Positions 26,494 to 36,085 of a DNA stretch of 64,000 nucleotides are shown here, piece after piece. The DNA lies in the NCBI GenBank assembly GCA_963828125.1, contig CAWHDP010000002.1:384001-448000 (forward strand), given 5' to 3'. Source of the stretch: an uncultured Chlamydiae bacterium. Its GTDB lineage: Bacteria > Chlamydiota > Chlamydiia > Chlamydiales > SM23-39. The position numbers were made by a program, and so were the translations under genes. The first letter of the stretch is position 1, and each line of letters starts with the position of its first letter. The notes beneath the pieces are model-generated. The model was not told where the DNA came from. It was given only the letters and a program-made list of their open reading frames with translations, and made no database searches.

Positions 26494-27309
26494 TTAATCC
26501 TCTGATTTATCGGGGCATAGCGCAGTTTGGCTAGCGCGACTGGTTTGGGACCAGTAGGTCGGGGGTTCAAATCCCTCTGCCCCGAATTCCTTCACCTTTC
26601 CTCCAGCTGCCTCAAACCCCGTTAATTTCCGCCTCCCGCTCGAAGTTAAGGCGTCCGGCAATATATAAATCTCATCTAAGCCGTCCCACTGTTCTGTGAG
26701 CAGCGGCTCGTACACTGGTTTAAAGGACGGCAGCGCGCAGATGAGGGCGTTCAACCGCTCTAAAACCGTCCGGCTGCATTTTGAGTCGGGAGGAAAACAG
26801 ACCCCAACCGTCGAATGGAGGCGAACAGCGGTTTCGATCTGAAAGTGTTCGAACCGTTCGGGCGACAAAAGATGGAGCGTCTCAGCCAAGGTGCCGGTAT
26901 GGGCCAGATCTAAAACCAAGCTCAGCGGCAGTTCATCGGGAAGCCGATGGGCGAGCATCTGAAAGTAGGAGACAAACGCCTCAGCGCAAAAGAGCCTCTT
27001 GAGGTGAGCCTCGTCCCCCTCAGCCCGATCCTCTTTCCAGAGAGCGTAATTGCCCTCCTGAGCCTCGCTCCAACAAAAAAAGGCGCTAAAATCGGCCCTC
27101 CCTCTATAGAGGATCGCTTTGGATTCGGGAAATCGGGGCCACACTTCTTTCGCAAAATGGGTGAGAGCTGCCGCAAGCGCATTGAAATAGAGCTCATCTT
27201 CCAGGGGAAAGAAGGGTTCATGGAGGCCTAAATCGAATTCAAAAATAGAGGGACTCCCCTCTATTTTCCAATGGAGATCGTCGTGAGGTTTTGCAGATAA
27301 TTTCATCAT
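26494..27309 (-). CDS. Hypothetical protein downstream of trmB; its 3' end runs antisense through tRNA-Pro
   Basis: ATGA overlap with the trmB stop; 271-aa ORF. Confidence 0.65.
   Translation of the reverse strand: MMKLSAKPHDDLHWKIEGSPSIFEFDLGLHEPFFPLEDELYFNALAAALTHFAKEVWPRFPESKAILYRGRADFSAFFCWSEAQEGNYALWKEDRAEGDEAHLKRLFCAEAFVSYFQMLAHRLPDELPLSLVLDLAHTGTLAETLHLLSPERFEHFQIETAVRLHSTVGVCFPPDSKCSRTVLERLNALICALPSFKPVYEPLLTEQWDGLDEIYILPDALTSSGRRKLTGFEAAGGKVKEFGAEGFEPPTYWSQTSRASQTALCPDKSED
26511..26585 (+). tRNA. tRNA-Pro (TGG)
   Basis: CGGGGCA...ACTGG-TTTGGGA-CCAGT...GGTTCAAATCC...TGCCCCGA. Confidence 0.95.
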
Positions 27310-27947
27310 ATTCTCTCATAAGACAAATAGTGGATGGAGCGGCCTCGCCTTTTCCAAAGGTCATTGAAGAACGAGCCTCCGTAATCGGACAACTCCCCTA
27401 CGTGAAACAGGGATTTCCACTCAGGACAGCTCCCAAATTCCCTCGCGATTTGACTGGCGTAATTGGAGTCGTCGGTGACGCAAGTGGCCCGTCCGCCACT
27501 TGAAACGACCTTCAGCAGCTCCCTGACAAATTCGGATCGAATCAACCGGTGCTTGGCATGGCGCAGCTTGGGCCAAGGATCGGGAAAATTGACAAAAATT
27601 TCCTCCGTCTTAGGGGCGTAGTAACGGGTGAAAATCAGCCCTTCTGCACAGGCCACCGCCAAATTCGGCAAGTTCTCCCGGTGGCTCTTCAGCCAAATCA
27701 GCCGCGCCCTTTCAAATCTTTTTTCAACAGCCAGAAAGTTTCGCTCCGGATTTTGTTTCGCCTTCTCCCCGATCCACTGCCCATTGCCGCTGCAGTATTC
27801 AATCACAATCGGCTGCTCTTTCTCAAAAAACGGCACTGTTTCAATCCCGTAGGGGTAACTCGCCGGAACATAAAAAAATCGATCCAGCCAAACGGGGCGC
27901 CGATCTGCCCAAACGAAGGGAATAATTAAATCTTTTGCCGTTTTCAC
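27306..27947 (-). CDS. trmB: tRNA (guanine-N7)-methyltransferase
   Basis: EYCSGNG, VNFPDPWPKLRHAKHRL, TD; likely GTG start. Confidence 0.93.
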   Translation of the reverse strand: MKTAKDLIIPFVWADRRPVWLDRFFYVPASYPYGIETVPFFEKEQPIVIEYCSGNGQWIGEKAKQNPERNFLAVEKRFERARLIWLKSHRENLPNLAVACAEGLIFTRYYAPKTEEIFVNFPDPWPKLRHAKHRLIRSEFVRELLKVVSSGGRATCVTDDSNYASQIAREFGSCPEWKSLFHVGELSDYGGSFFNDLWKRRGRSIHYLSYERI

Positions 27948-27997
27948 GCGAATTCGATTATAGTCGAAACGGACCATTTATTCATCCAGGAGTTTCC

Positions 27998-28633
27998 ATG
28001 CATATCCTTTTGATGAGCGCCCAGCCGCTTCTCGACGTCAAGACTGTTTTTAATTCTGCCCCGGTGATCTATTCTCTCCTCTCATTGATGTCGGTCGCCT
28101 CGATGGGCGTCTGGCTCTACAGCCTCATCACCTTTAGGGCTAAGGACATTATGCCAGAAAACTTCCGGAAAGAGCTCCGCTCGCTCCTTGAGAAAGAGGA
28201 ATACGACCAAGCCCATAAGCTCTGCTCCGCCAAGGAAAATCTTCTCTCGGCGCTTTTGAAGTCGGGTCTGACGACCCGCAGCCTGGGACCCCAGGTCATG
28301 ATCGACGCGATGAAATCCGAAGGAAAGAGGGCCTCCACCGCCTTCTGGCAGCGCCTCTCGCTCCTCAACGATATCGTCATTATCGCTCCGATGCTCGGAC
28401 TCCTCGGCACTGTAGTCGGGATGTTTTATGCCTTTTACGACGTCAACCGCTCGATTGAGAGCATCAATGCGCTCTTCGACGGATTGGGCATCGCTGTCGG
28501 CACTACGGTCGTTGGACTCATTGTTGCGATTTTGGCCATGATTTTTCATACGACTCTCAAATATCGGGTCGTCCGGACATTGAGCCTTGTCGAGAATGAG
28601 GCGTTTACCTTAAGCGCCCTGATCCGGAGGTAA
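27998..28633 (+). CDS. exbB: MotA/TolQ/ExbB proton channel
   Basis: APMLGLLGTVVGM...GLGIAVGTTVVGL. Confidence 0.88.
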   Translation: MHILLMSAQPLLDVKTVFNSAPVIYSLLSLMSVASMGVWLYSLITFRAKDIMPENFRKELRSLLEKEEYDQAHKLCSAKENLLSALLKSGLTTRSLGPQVMIDAMKSEGKRASTAFWQRLSLLNDIVIIAPMLGLLGTVVGMFYAFYDVNRSIESINALFDGLGIAVGTTVVGLIVAILAMIFHTTLKYRVVRTLSLVENEAFTLSALIRR

Positions 28634-28635
28634 TT

Positions 28636-29094
28636 TTGGAGCTGATTCCCCACGATGAGCTAAAGCCGGCGAACCATTTCAATTTCGCCCCCATGATCGA
28701 CTTTCTTTTTTTAATGCTCGCCCTGTTTGCCACCCTCGCCGTCTCTAGAGCCGCTCTCTATGATTCCGAAGTAGAACTGGTGGAACTCAAACCTGAAAAA
28801 GGGGCTGCTTCTCTGAGAGCTAAAGAGGTGCAACAAATTCATTTAAGCATCACGGCAACCGGAGGGTATAAATGGCTGACCGAGTTTCAAGAATACCCGA
28901 TGGAAACGGTTCGGGCGATCCAAGAGGAACTCGCTCGCCAATATCAGATGGGGGCTCTGCCCGAAGATAAAACCAGGACCGAAGTTCTGTTGCATATTGA
29001 TCGGAAAGCCCCCTGGGATCCGATCGCAAAGGCCATTTTTGCCATCCGAGAACTCGGCTTTAACGCGCGGCCCGTCTACGATGCGGAAAAATAA
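28636..29094 (+). CDS. exbD: ExbD/TolR family protein
   Basis: NFAPMIDFLFLML TM segment with the conserved Asp. Confidence 0.85.
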   Translation: MELIPHDELKPANHFNFAPMIDFLFLMLALFATLAVSRAALYDSEVELVELKPEKGAASLRAKEVQQIHLSITATGGYKWLTEFQEYPMETVRAIQEELARQYQMGALPEDKTRTEVLLHIDRKAPWDPIAKAIFAIRELGFNARPVYDAEK

Positions 29095-29095
29095 T

Positions 29096-29190
29096 TAGCC
29101 CGCATTTGTCACACAGACGCGAGAAAAGGGGCTCAAGATGTTACGCCAGATTGAGCAGATTTTCCGCGGATGTGTGAGAAATGCGGGTTA
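29096..29190. repeat. Full 95-bp palindromic repeat (family A, MITE/REP-like)
   Basis: Arms TAGCCCGCATTTGTCACACA...TGTGTGAGAAATGCGGGTTA; partial copies at 31504, 35008, 37292, 53925 and 59582. Confidence 0.9.
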
Positions 29191-30246
29191 AGGCGGCGAC
29201 TGTCTTTGAGCTGCCTGCACAGCCTCCATTATTTCTTGTTGAATGGGTATTGGCAGTGCGCTTACAGCTCTCTCAAATTGGGCAACGTCCCCTTGATTTT
29301 GTAAATTGAGCCCGAGTTCCTGAGCAATTGTACCTATATAGATAAGTCTGCATCGTAGGTCGTCCCAACTCGCATTCGGCTGGCCGTTGATTGTTTTTTT
29401 CTCTATAATTTTTGTCTGAAGCTTCGCTGCAAGCTCTGGCAGGTTGCTCCCTTGAGCGGGTAACGAGGGAATTGAGGCGTTTGATGAGTATTTGGAGCCG
29501 ACACGTTTGGTGTGTCTCAATGAAAGCTGCATAGAGTCCATGGACAGATGTCGGAATAATTCCTGGGGGGGCGTTTGGACTGTAAAAAATTGTCCTCTTG
29601 GCTGTCCCTCAGGAGTCTGCTGTGTCTTCGACACTGTACTAGACCCTACATACAGAGGATCGACCACTATTTGTTCAGTAGGTTTATCGCGAAGAGTTTC
29701 AGCATGAACGATCTGTCGTTCAAGAACACCTTCTTGCTTTGCGAGATCTTCAAGCTGAGCTTCAAAGACATCAATCTGTTGCCCAGTTTTCCCTATTTCT
29801 TCTAATAACCTAATTTTTTGTAAGTCGACATTTTCCTGAGATTTATAACATGCCGCAATCTCTAGATCTAACTCATTTCGTATTTTTTCGCATTCAAGCG
29901 GATCTAATCGCTTCCAGAGGCCCCAAACAGAGGGTGTGGGCTTTTGCTTTTGGAGATCTCGAATCTTTCCGGCCGTTTGATTGAGCATATTATCTGATTC
30001 ATTCACCCCTTGCGTCAGATCTGTAATTTTTTTAACCGATAATTGAATCTGTGTTTGGATATTCATTTTCTGCGCTGCGAGACCATTTTTCTGTTCCCGC
30101 AATTTTATGATGATCTGAATAACTTGCTGTATTACCAGTCTCTTTTCCGCCGCCCGTTGCTGCTCTACCAACAGATCGCGAGGATTTTTTTTGCGACAAC
30201 CCAAACATCCTCGAATGAGGATAGAGCAACAAGACAACATAAACAT
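29188..30246 (-). CDS. AT-rich coiled-coil hypothetical protein with a Cys-rich N-terminus
   Basis: 352-aa ORF with Q/E/K heptads; stop codon supplied by repeat A. Confidence 0.6.
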   Translation of the reverse strand: MFMLSCCSILIRGCLGCRKKNPRDLLVEQQRAAEKRLVIQQVIQIIIKLREQKNGLAAQKMNIQTQIQLSVKKITDLTQGVNESDNMLNQTAGKIRDLQKQKPTPSVWGLWKRLDPLECEKIRNELDLEIAACYKSQENVDLQKIRLLEEIGKTGQQIDVFEAQLEDLAKQEGVLERQIVHAETLRDKPTEQIVVDPLYVGSSTVSKTQQTPEGQPRGQFFTVQTPPQELFRHLSMDSMQLSLRHTKRVGSKYSSNASIPSLPAQGSNLPELAAKLQTKIIEKKTINGQPNASWDDLRCRLIYIGTIAQELGLNLQNQGDVAQFERAVSALPIPIQQEIMEAVQAAQRQSPP

Positions 30247-30358
30247 ACATCTACTTACGTTAAGTAATAACGGACATTATACAACAAAAATGATATTAAT
30301 TGTTATAAAATTATCTCGTTATTGTTGGCATTTCGTTTTCTATACCGAAAATGAATAT

Positions 30359-30531
30359 GAGCATATCTTTAGATAGAACATAAAATCTTTATATGACATC
30401 ATGTCCACTCATCCTACTCATCATGCCACGTGTGATCATGCAGATCCTGTTCCTTTTTGAGGACACAAGCCGCTGTGCGCGGCTAAAGGATTCCAATCAT
30501 GCTCACTTTATTAAGTAATTGAAGATAGGTT
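30359..30531 (+). mobile_element. MITE-sized internal-deletion derivative of the IS5-like element at 58266-59353
   Basis: 30357-30409 is the exact reverse complement of 59303-59355; 30410-30531 is the reverse complement of 58267-58388 with one mismatch. Confidence 0.9.
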
Positions 30532-30653
30532 ATACTGCGGCCACCCAAAAAGTGTGAATTTGGGGTGGCCGCAGTATATTGTTGGACGACCCCTTAGGGG
30601 TCATCCAATACTTTACTTTATTCCTTAACAGCCCTTAAACTGGGCATTGGCCA
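30531..30653. repeat. Mosaic palindromic repeats B (30531-30578), E (30582-30608) and D half (30639-30653)
   Basis: TATACTGCGGCCACC...GGTGGCCGCAGTATA; TTGGACGACCCCT-TAGGGGTCATCCAA; ACTGGGCATTGGCCA. Confidence 0.85.
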
Positions 30654-30711
30654 CTTAAAAAGGGGATATGGGGAGAAAAAGCATTTGGATCGTAGTCCTT
30701 AGGGGGATGAA

Positions 30712-31506
30712 ATGAATCCCCTCGATTCCCCTTCCTGGATATTCTCCTCGCTCTTTATCGTAGTCCCCTCGATTCTCATCTGCTTGGCCCTCCTTTGGGT
30801 GGTGAGAAAGTGCATTTCGGTCGAGGAGTTGAAGGCCAACCACGATGTGGCGGGCTTCACTTTGGGCATTGTAGGGGTTCTCTATAGCGTCATTCTTGGA
30901 TTCACCGTCGTCAACGTGCAGAGCCGCTCGAATGAAGTACTCCAAACAATCCACACAGAGGCGGTCTCAATCGCCAATCTCTATCGCGACGCCTCCTTTT
31001 TCCCCCCTTCCGGACGAGATGCGATCCGTTCTGCTTTGCGCACTTACGTCCAGTATGTGATTGAAAAGGAGTGGGAGAATCCGAACAACCGAAAAATTAA
31101 TATTCAGGCCCACAAGATCATGGAGAAGATCTGGAATAGCTACTATTGGGTCGAAATCCCCGATGAAAAAACAGCCCTTTGGTATGAGGAGTCGATCTCG
31201 AAATTGGACGCCTTTATGAACGCGAGGCTCTCCAGACAGTTCAACTCGTGGGAGCATTTGGGGAGCATGATGTGGACGATTTTGATCCTCGGCGGAATTA
31301 TCACGATCTGCTTTATGTATTTTTTCGGTCTCGAAAGGCTCCACGCCCAGATGATGATGACCGCGCTGCTCGCAGGCTACATTTCACTGATGCTCTACCT
31401 CGTCTTTTGCTTAGATAACGTCTTCAAAGGACCCCAAGGGATCACCCCAGCAGCTTTTGAACAGATTGTCACCCTTTTTGACTACTGGGATGGCTCGTCT
31501 CATTAG
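30712..31506 (+). CDS. DUF4239-like membrane protein
   Basis: NHDVAGF...GVLYSVILGFTVV, EA...LYRD, ARLSR; 4 TM segments. Confidence 0.7.
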   Translation: MNPLDSPSWIFSSLFIVVPSILICLALLWVVRKCISVEELKANHDVAGFTLGIVGVLYSVILGFTVVNVQSRSNEVLQTIHTEAVSIANLYRDASFFPPSGRDAIRSALRTYVQYVIEKEWENPNNRKINIQAHKIMEKIWNSYYWVEIPDEKTALWYEESISKLDAFMNARLSRQFNSWEHLGSMMWTILILGGIITICFMYFFGLERLHAQMMMTALLAGYISLMLYLVFCLDNVFKGPQGITPAAFEQIVTLFDYWDGSSH

Positions 31507-31559
31507 CCCGCATTTCTCACACGTAAGTTCAGTCCCCTTCGGGGACTGAACTTTTACGT
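31504..31559. repeat. Repeat A left arm plus repeat C hairpin between convergent genes
   Basis: TAGCCCGCATTTCTCACAC then AGTTCAGTCCCC-TTC-GGGGACTGAACT. Confidence 0.85.
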
Positions 31560-31560
31560 T

Positions 31561-32691
31561 CTAGAAGCTCAGTTCTAGAGCCAGTTTGAGTCCATTTAAG
31601 CTCAGGTTCGCGCCGCCGGTGTAGATGCTTGTCCGTAGCTGAGGCATAAACCACATATGGCTCTCCCAAGCGGCGTTGACGCCACAGTCCACGCCACATA
31701 GCATCCGATGCCAGCCAAGCCCGAGCAAGAGCTGAAGGTTTGCTACAGCGCCCCACTCTCTGGGGGTGTTATACATCGCCCCGCCAAATAAACTGGGTAC
31801 GCTCAGAGCCAGTCCGTTCAGGGTCACCGTTTCTTTCCCAAAAATCGGGCCATAAAGGAGCGCTGTCGAAACTTGAGCAAAGAATTTCATCGAGGCAGAC
31901 GACCAAGAAAGCTCGTCGTAGAGCCCTACGCGAGGACCCAATCCCCAAAAATTCAACTTGCCCTTATAAAAACCATTGGCAAACCCGTTCGTTGGAGGCA
32001 CTCCCGTAAGAAGACTTCCTAAATTTGTATAGCTGGAATAGTCGGCGCGGGCCGTTCTGTCTATCAGCGCGCCGCGGAGGCCGAATAAAAACCGGAGCGC
32101 ATTGAGGTTAGTTTGGTAGGTGTATCCAGTCTCGGCGTCGATGGTATCGTAGTTTAGTTTAAAAGTGGAATGGGCTGAAGCAAAGGGGCCCGGGTAGACG
32201 AGCTGAGAGGGAACATCGAAGGCGGTGGAGACATTCGACGGAATCCACTCACCTAGCCATACGCCGTAGATCCCGAGTCCATTTTCCGTGCCGGCGAATC
32301 CTGTATTGATACTCGTAACCACTTGGGGGGAGGCTTGAAGATATTTGGCCGATTGATTAAAAAACCATTGCCAATCACATTTCACATCCCAGCCGTCCCC
32401 CTTCCATCCCATCGCCACGCTAAATCCAGGACTCCATTCCAAACTTTGAAACTTCCTAGAGAGAGTGGGTTGACCCGAAGTAGCAGCCGCCACTCCCACG
32501 ACATTTTGCCCGGTCACAACGTCTGCGAACTCAATGGCAGAATCTATAGGTTGCCACCAAAGAAATGCGACCTCTCCAAAAAAACGGGAGGAACAATCAG
32601 AAACACAAGGTTGATTGAAAGGCTCTGGACACCCAGCAAAAAGGACAAGGGAGGGAACGATTGTTAGCATCGCGATAGGAACTCGACCCAT
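31561..32691 (-). CDS. Lpg1974/MOMP-like outer-membrane porin
   Basis: FLWWQP, WSPGF, YDTIDAETG, FWGLGPRVG, NLSLNGLKLALELSF (terminal Phe). Confidence 0.7.
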   Translation of the reverse strand: MGRVPIAMLTIVPSLVLFAGCPEPFNQPCVSDCSSRFFGEVAFLWWQPIDSAIEFADVVTGQNVVGVAAATSGQPTLSRKFQSLEWSPGFSVAMGWKGDGWDVKCDWQWFFNQSAKYLQASPQVVTSINTGFAGTENGLGIYGVWLGEWIPSNVSTAFDVPSQLVYPGPFASAHSTFKLNYDTIDAETGYTYQTNLNALRFLFGLRGALIDRTARADYSSYTNLGSLLTGVPPTNGFANGFYKGKLNFWGLGPRVGLYDELSWSSASMKFFAQVSTALLYGPIFGKETVTLNGLALSVPSLFGGAMYNTPREWGAVANLQLLLGLGWHRMLCGVDCGVNAAWESHMWFMPQLRTSIYTGGANLSLNGLKLALELSF

Positions 32692-32746
32692 TTACCTCTC
32701 CTAAAAAAAAATTGTACAAAACGGATGGTAGCAGTACAATATTTAC

Positions 32747-34972
32747 ATGTCTATGGACAAATGGAAAAATTTGCTGACGGCCCTTTGCGTAGTATTTGCG
32801 ATCGCAATTGAGGCGGCGAATACGATTTATGATAACCAAAATGCGGCGGCGGCGGCGCTCGTTGCGAATTTGACGCTTCCCCAGAAAATTGGGCAGATGT
32901 TGCTTCCAGCCAATAATGCTCTCACCGCCAATTACGCTCCCGGGGGCCTTGCGGGCGCTCAGGCGGCCTGGGCTGCGGCAGACAACGTCCCCTCCTTCAC
33001 TTTGGGAGACGCCTTAGGTTTTCAAGCGATTACCACCTACAACATTGGCGCCATATTAACAGCAGGAGGACCCATCGAGTACTCGGGTTCATTACCTGAA
33101 GATCAACGGCTCGTACAATGGCAATGCCTTGCCGATACATTGCAACTCTACGCGGCTACCACGACCCCAGATCTCCCTCTCCTTCTCGGCACAGATGCGG
33201 TTCACGGCAATCAACACGTCGTAGGCTCGGTTCTCTTCCCCCAAAATATTGGCCTAGGGGCGACGCACGATCCGAATCTCATCAATCTCGTCGGCGCTTG
33301 GACCGCTTATAATGTGAAAACAAGCCACTGGAACTGGGCCTATGCGCCCACGCTCGCTGTGGGCCACGATTACCGTTGGGGAAGATTCTACGAGTCTTTC
33401 ACCTCGAATGCCGATGTCATGCAAGTCCTTGCGCAATACTATATCGCAGGGCTTCAAGGGATCACAAACGGGACAACGGGACAAATACTCGGGGTGCTCG
33501 GTACGGCAAAGCATTTTCTGGCTGACGGCAATACTCAAGCAGGATACGATGAAGGGTTCTCCTACGCCCCTGATTTAAACACTGTTTGGGCGCAAAATGG
33601 AGCTGGCTATCAGGGCGCCGTCTCCCAAACCGTTTTTGCCCCTGCCGTCGGCACGGTTGCCGAAGTAGGGAGTGCGATGGCCTCTTACAGCAGCCTAAAC
33701 GGCGTCCCGATGCATTTTGGCGGCGACTTTAATATTTTGAGCCAATTCCGCAATACGGGAATCACGTACCAAAACGAGACCTATCAACTCTCCGGATTTG
33801 TCGTTTCCGATTACGACGGCATAGCAAGGGCCGCATGGAAATATAATACCCTGCATGGGAATACCCTGAGTTTGGCAGAGGCGATGGCGATGAGCGTCAA
33901 TGCGGGCGTGGACATGATTATGATGTCTCAATCGGCCTATACAAATTACATCGACCCAGGGACGTTTATCCCTCCGACTTTTCAAAACCTAAGCCCCCCC
34001 TATTACCTAAATCTCGCCGACGTCGTCAATGCCATTACGACGGCTGTGAGTACAGGGCTGATTTCTCAGGCACGGATCGACGATGCGGTCACGCGCATTT
34101 TGCGGACCAAATTGGCAATGAACTCTGCCGTCCCTGCCACACCCCCAGGGGCGTCGGAAGCGGACGTTGCGTTACAAGCTGCAAGCGAGTCCCTGGTTCT
34201 CCTAAAAAACGGGGCTGTTATTCCCGTAACGGCAGGAAATACCGAGTTTGTATTCTTGATGGGCGACTATAACGACGTCGGCGTGCAAAACGGGGGCTGG
34301 TCTGTGAATTGGCAAGGGCAAAAAGGGAATTATTACTGGACGGGGCTCGATAAAACCACCTCCAATGCGACCACCATCCTCGATGGGATCAATAATACGG
34401 CTCTTGCGCCAGAGGCCCAAATAATCACAGGGGAAACGGCCGTTTTAAACTACCCGCTGGGCGGCATGGGCGGGCCGACGGGGGCAAATAGCATTGCTGT
34501 CATTGCCATCTCCGAGTTTCCCTATGCTGAGGTCATGGGCGACGTCGAAAATCAAAGTCCTCTCTATAAGCAAGGCGCTGTCCAGGGATTCAACGCCTAT
34601 GCTCCTCTTGTTCAAAATTGCGATTTGAGCCTGATGTTCACAGCTCAGCAGATACAGGCCATCCAATATTTGCAAAATGGGGGGATCCCTGTCATAACGG
34701 TCGCATTTTCCGGCAGACCCATTGTTGTCACGGGAACCTCCACATCCCCCCTCACCCTGAGCAATGCCTTCATCGCCGCCTTCTTACCCGGCACCTCGGG
34801 AGGGCAGGCCATTGCAGACCTCATTTTTGGCGCTTTTACAACCAAATCTGTCTCCAACGTCATCAACGGAAGCACTTATTACTCTAACACGCTTCCCTTT
34901 GCTTGGCCCGCATCCATGGCAGAAGTGATTGAGGAAACGCCCACCCTTTTCCCAGCAGGATATGGGTTGTAA
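32747..34972 (+). CDS. Secreted GH3 beta-glucosidase/exo-beta-glucanase
   Basis: Signal peptide; KIGQM, DAVHG, FPQNIGLGAT, RWGRFYES, KHF, nucleophile in VVSDY, SLVLLKN. Confidence 0.9.
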   Translation: MSMDKWKNLLTALCVVFAIAIEAANTIYDNQNAAAAALVANLTLPQKIGQMLLPANNALTANYAPGGLAGAQAAWAAADNVPSFTLGDALGFQAITTYNIGAILTAGGPIEYSGSLPEDQRLVQWQCLADTLQLYAATTTPDLPLLLGTDAVHGNQHVVGSVLFPQNIGLGATHDPNLINLVGAWTAYNVKTSHWNWAYAPTLAVGHDYRWGRFYESFTSNADVMQVLAQYYIAGLQGITNGTTGQILGVLGTAKHFLADGNTQAGYDEGFSYAPDLNTVWAQNGAGYQGAVSQTVFAPAVGTVAEVGSAMASYSSLNGVPMHFGGDFNILSQFRNTGITYQNETYQLSGFVVSDYDGIARAAWKYNTLHGNTLSLAEAMAMSVNAGVDMIMMSQSAYTNYIDPGTFIPPTFQNLSPPYYLNLADVVNAITTAVSTGLISQARIDDAVTRILRTKLAMNSAVPATPPGASEADVALQAASESLVLLKNGAVIPVTAGNTEFVFLMGDYNDVGVQNGGWSVNWQGQKGNYYWTGLDKTTSNATTILDGINNTALAPEAQIITGETAVLNYPLGGMGGPTGANSIAVIAISEFPYAEVMGDVENQSPLYKQGAVQGFNAYAPLVQNCDLSLMFTAQQIQAIQYLQNGGIPVITVAFSGRPIVVTGTSTSPLTLSNAFIAAFLPGTSGGQAIADLIFGAFTTKSVSNVINGSTYYSNTLPFAWPASMAEVIEETPTLFPAGYGL

Positions 34973-34973
34973 T

Positions 34974-35091
34974 CTGGACATTGGCCATTGATCAGCGCTG
35001 CGCGCTCTAGCCCGCATTTCTCACACAGACGCGAGAAAAGGTGCTCAAGATGTTACGCCAGATTGAGCAGATTTTCCGCGGATGTATGAGA
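34974..35091. repeat. Repeat D half (34974-35006) plus a near-complete repeat A (35008-35091)
   Basis: Near-identical to 57092 and 29096. Confidence 0.85.
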
Positions 35092-35104
35092 TTTGAGAGT
35101 GTAA

Positions 35105-36001
35105 TCAAGCGTTATAGAGATTTTCGATATAGGCGCCCCAGGCCTTATCGGCAAAATCTTGGGATCCCGACTGGTCCCAGATCGCTGTGCTAAACCCATT
35201 TTCACGGGCAAATCGGATCCATTCTGCCAAACCGGTGCTGGGAGTAGTTTGTGGGTCATTGGGGTCGACGCCGCAACTGATTTGCGAGGCTGACATACCG
35301 CAATTTTGCTCGAGCCAACTCTTCCACTGAGTCATGAAACTTTCATTTTGCTGCAGCGTACATGAATCGTAGTAAGACATAACATAGGCCCGGTCGATCG
35401 CACATGCGCCAGAGGTTGTCACTGCGTTTTGTAAAAATACTTGATCCACCGCATGCCAAGGACTGCCGTAGCCAATTCCAGCATATAGACAAAAGCTCGT
35501 CTCTAAGTTCGGATTTAGATCTTTGAAATCTCCAGCCAATTTCCCCGCCAGGGCCGCAACGCCCGTATCTTCTAATTCATCGTCAAAATCGACTCCATCG
35601 GCCCCTGTCTTTGCGCAAAAACTGGATAACGCCTGCGCAAACCCCTCTACATTGGCATTGGTCAGTTTAGTCCAAGAATCCCCGAATGTCGTCCCATTTT
35701 GCCCGCCAAGAGATAATTTCACATGAATCCCTTTCGCGTGACACTGCTTGATAAAATCGACTAATTCAGCCTCATTTTTAAAAACCCCTGTCCCCAACGG
35801 CTGGCCCGGCGTATCCTCCGAGAACCCGTCAATCATCGGATTGCCCTGGGCGTCGAAATCCAACTGTCCCACAAAAATGTTGATCGTATCAACGTGCTGG
35901 GACAACAATTTATCCAAATATTGCGGATTATCTAAATCCTGGCTCCAATCTTCCAGCCACGTGCTATTTTCATATCCCTTTGAAACAGGTTCAACCGACA
36001 T
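35105..36001 (-). CDS. GH18 chitinase-like glycoside hydrolase
   Basis: VKLSLGG and the DxxDxDxE motif GADGVDFDDE; VMSY; IWD. Confidence 0.8.
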   Translation of the reverse strand: MSVEPVSKGYENSTWLEDWSQDLDNPQYLDKLLSQHVDTINIFVGQLDFDAQGNPMIDGFSEDTPGQPLGTGVFKNEAELVDFIKQCHAKGIHVKLSLGGQNGTTFGDSWTKLTNANVEGFAQALSSFCAKTGADGVDFDDELEDTGVAALAGKLAGDFKDLNPNLETSFCLYAGIGYGSPWHAVDQVFLQNAVTTSGACAIDRAYVMSYYDSCTLQQNESFMTQWKSWLEQNCGMSASQISCGVDPNDPQTTPSTGLAEWIRFARENGFSTAIWDQSGSQDFADKAWGAYIENLYNA

Positions 36002-36085
36002 ATTACCTCATTTGTTATATATAATATATTATAATTTAATATTAAATATGTAAATAATAATTTTTAATATATAATAAAAATCCAT

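Noticed and set aside
29096..36085. Integron cassette array with palindromes as attC sites
   Set aside because: The genes are in mixed orientations, the palindromes lack consistent RYYYAAC/GTTRRRY ends, and no integron integrase is present
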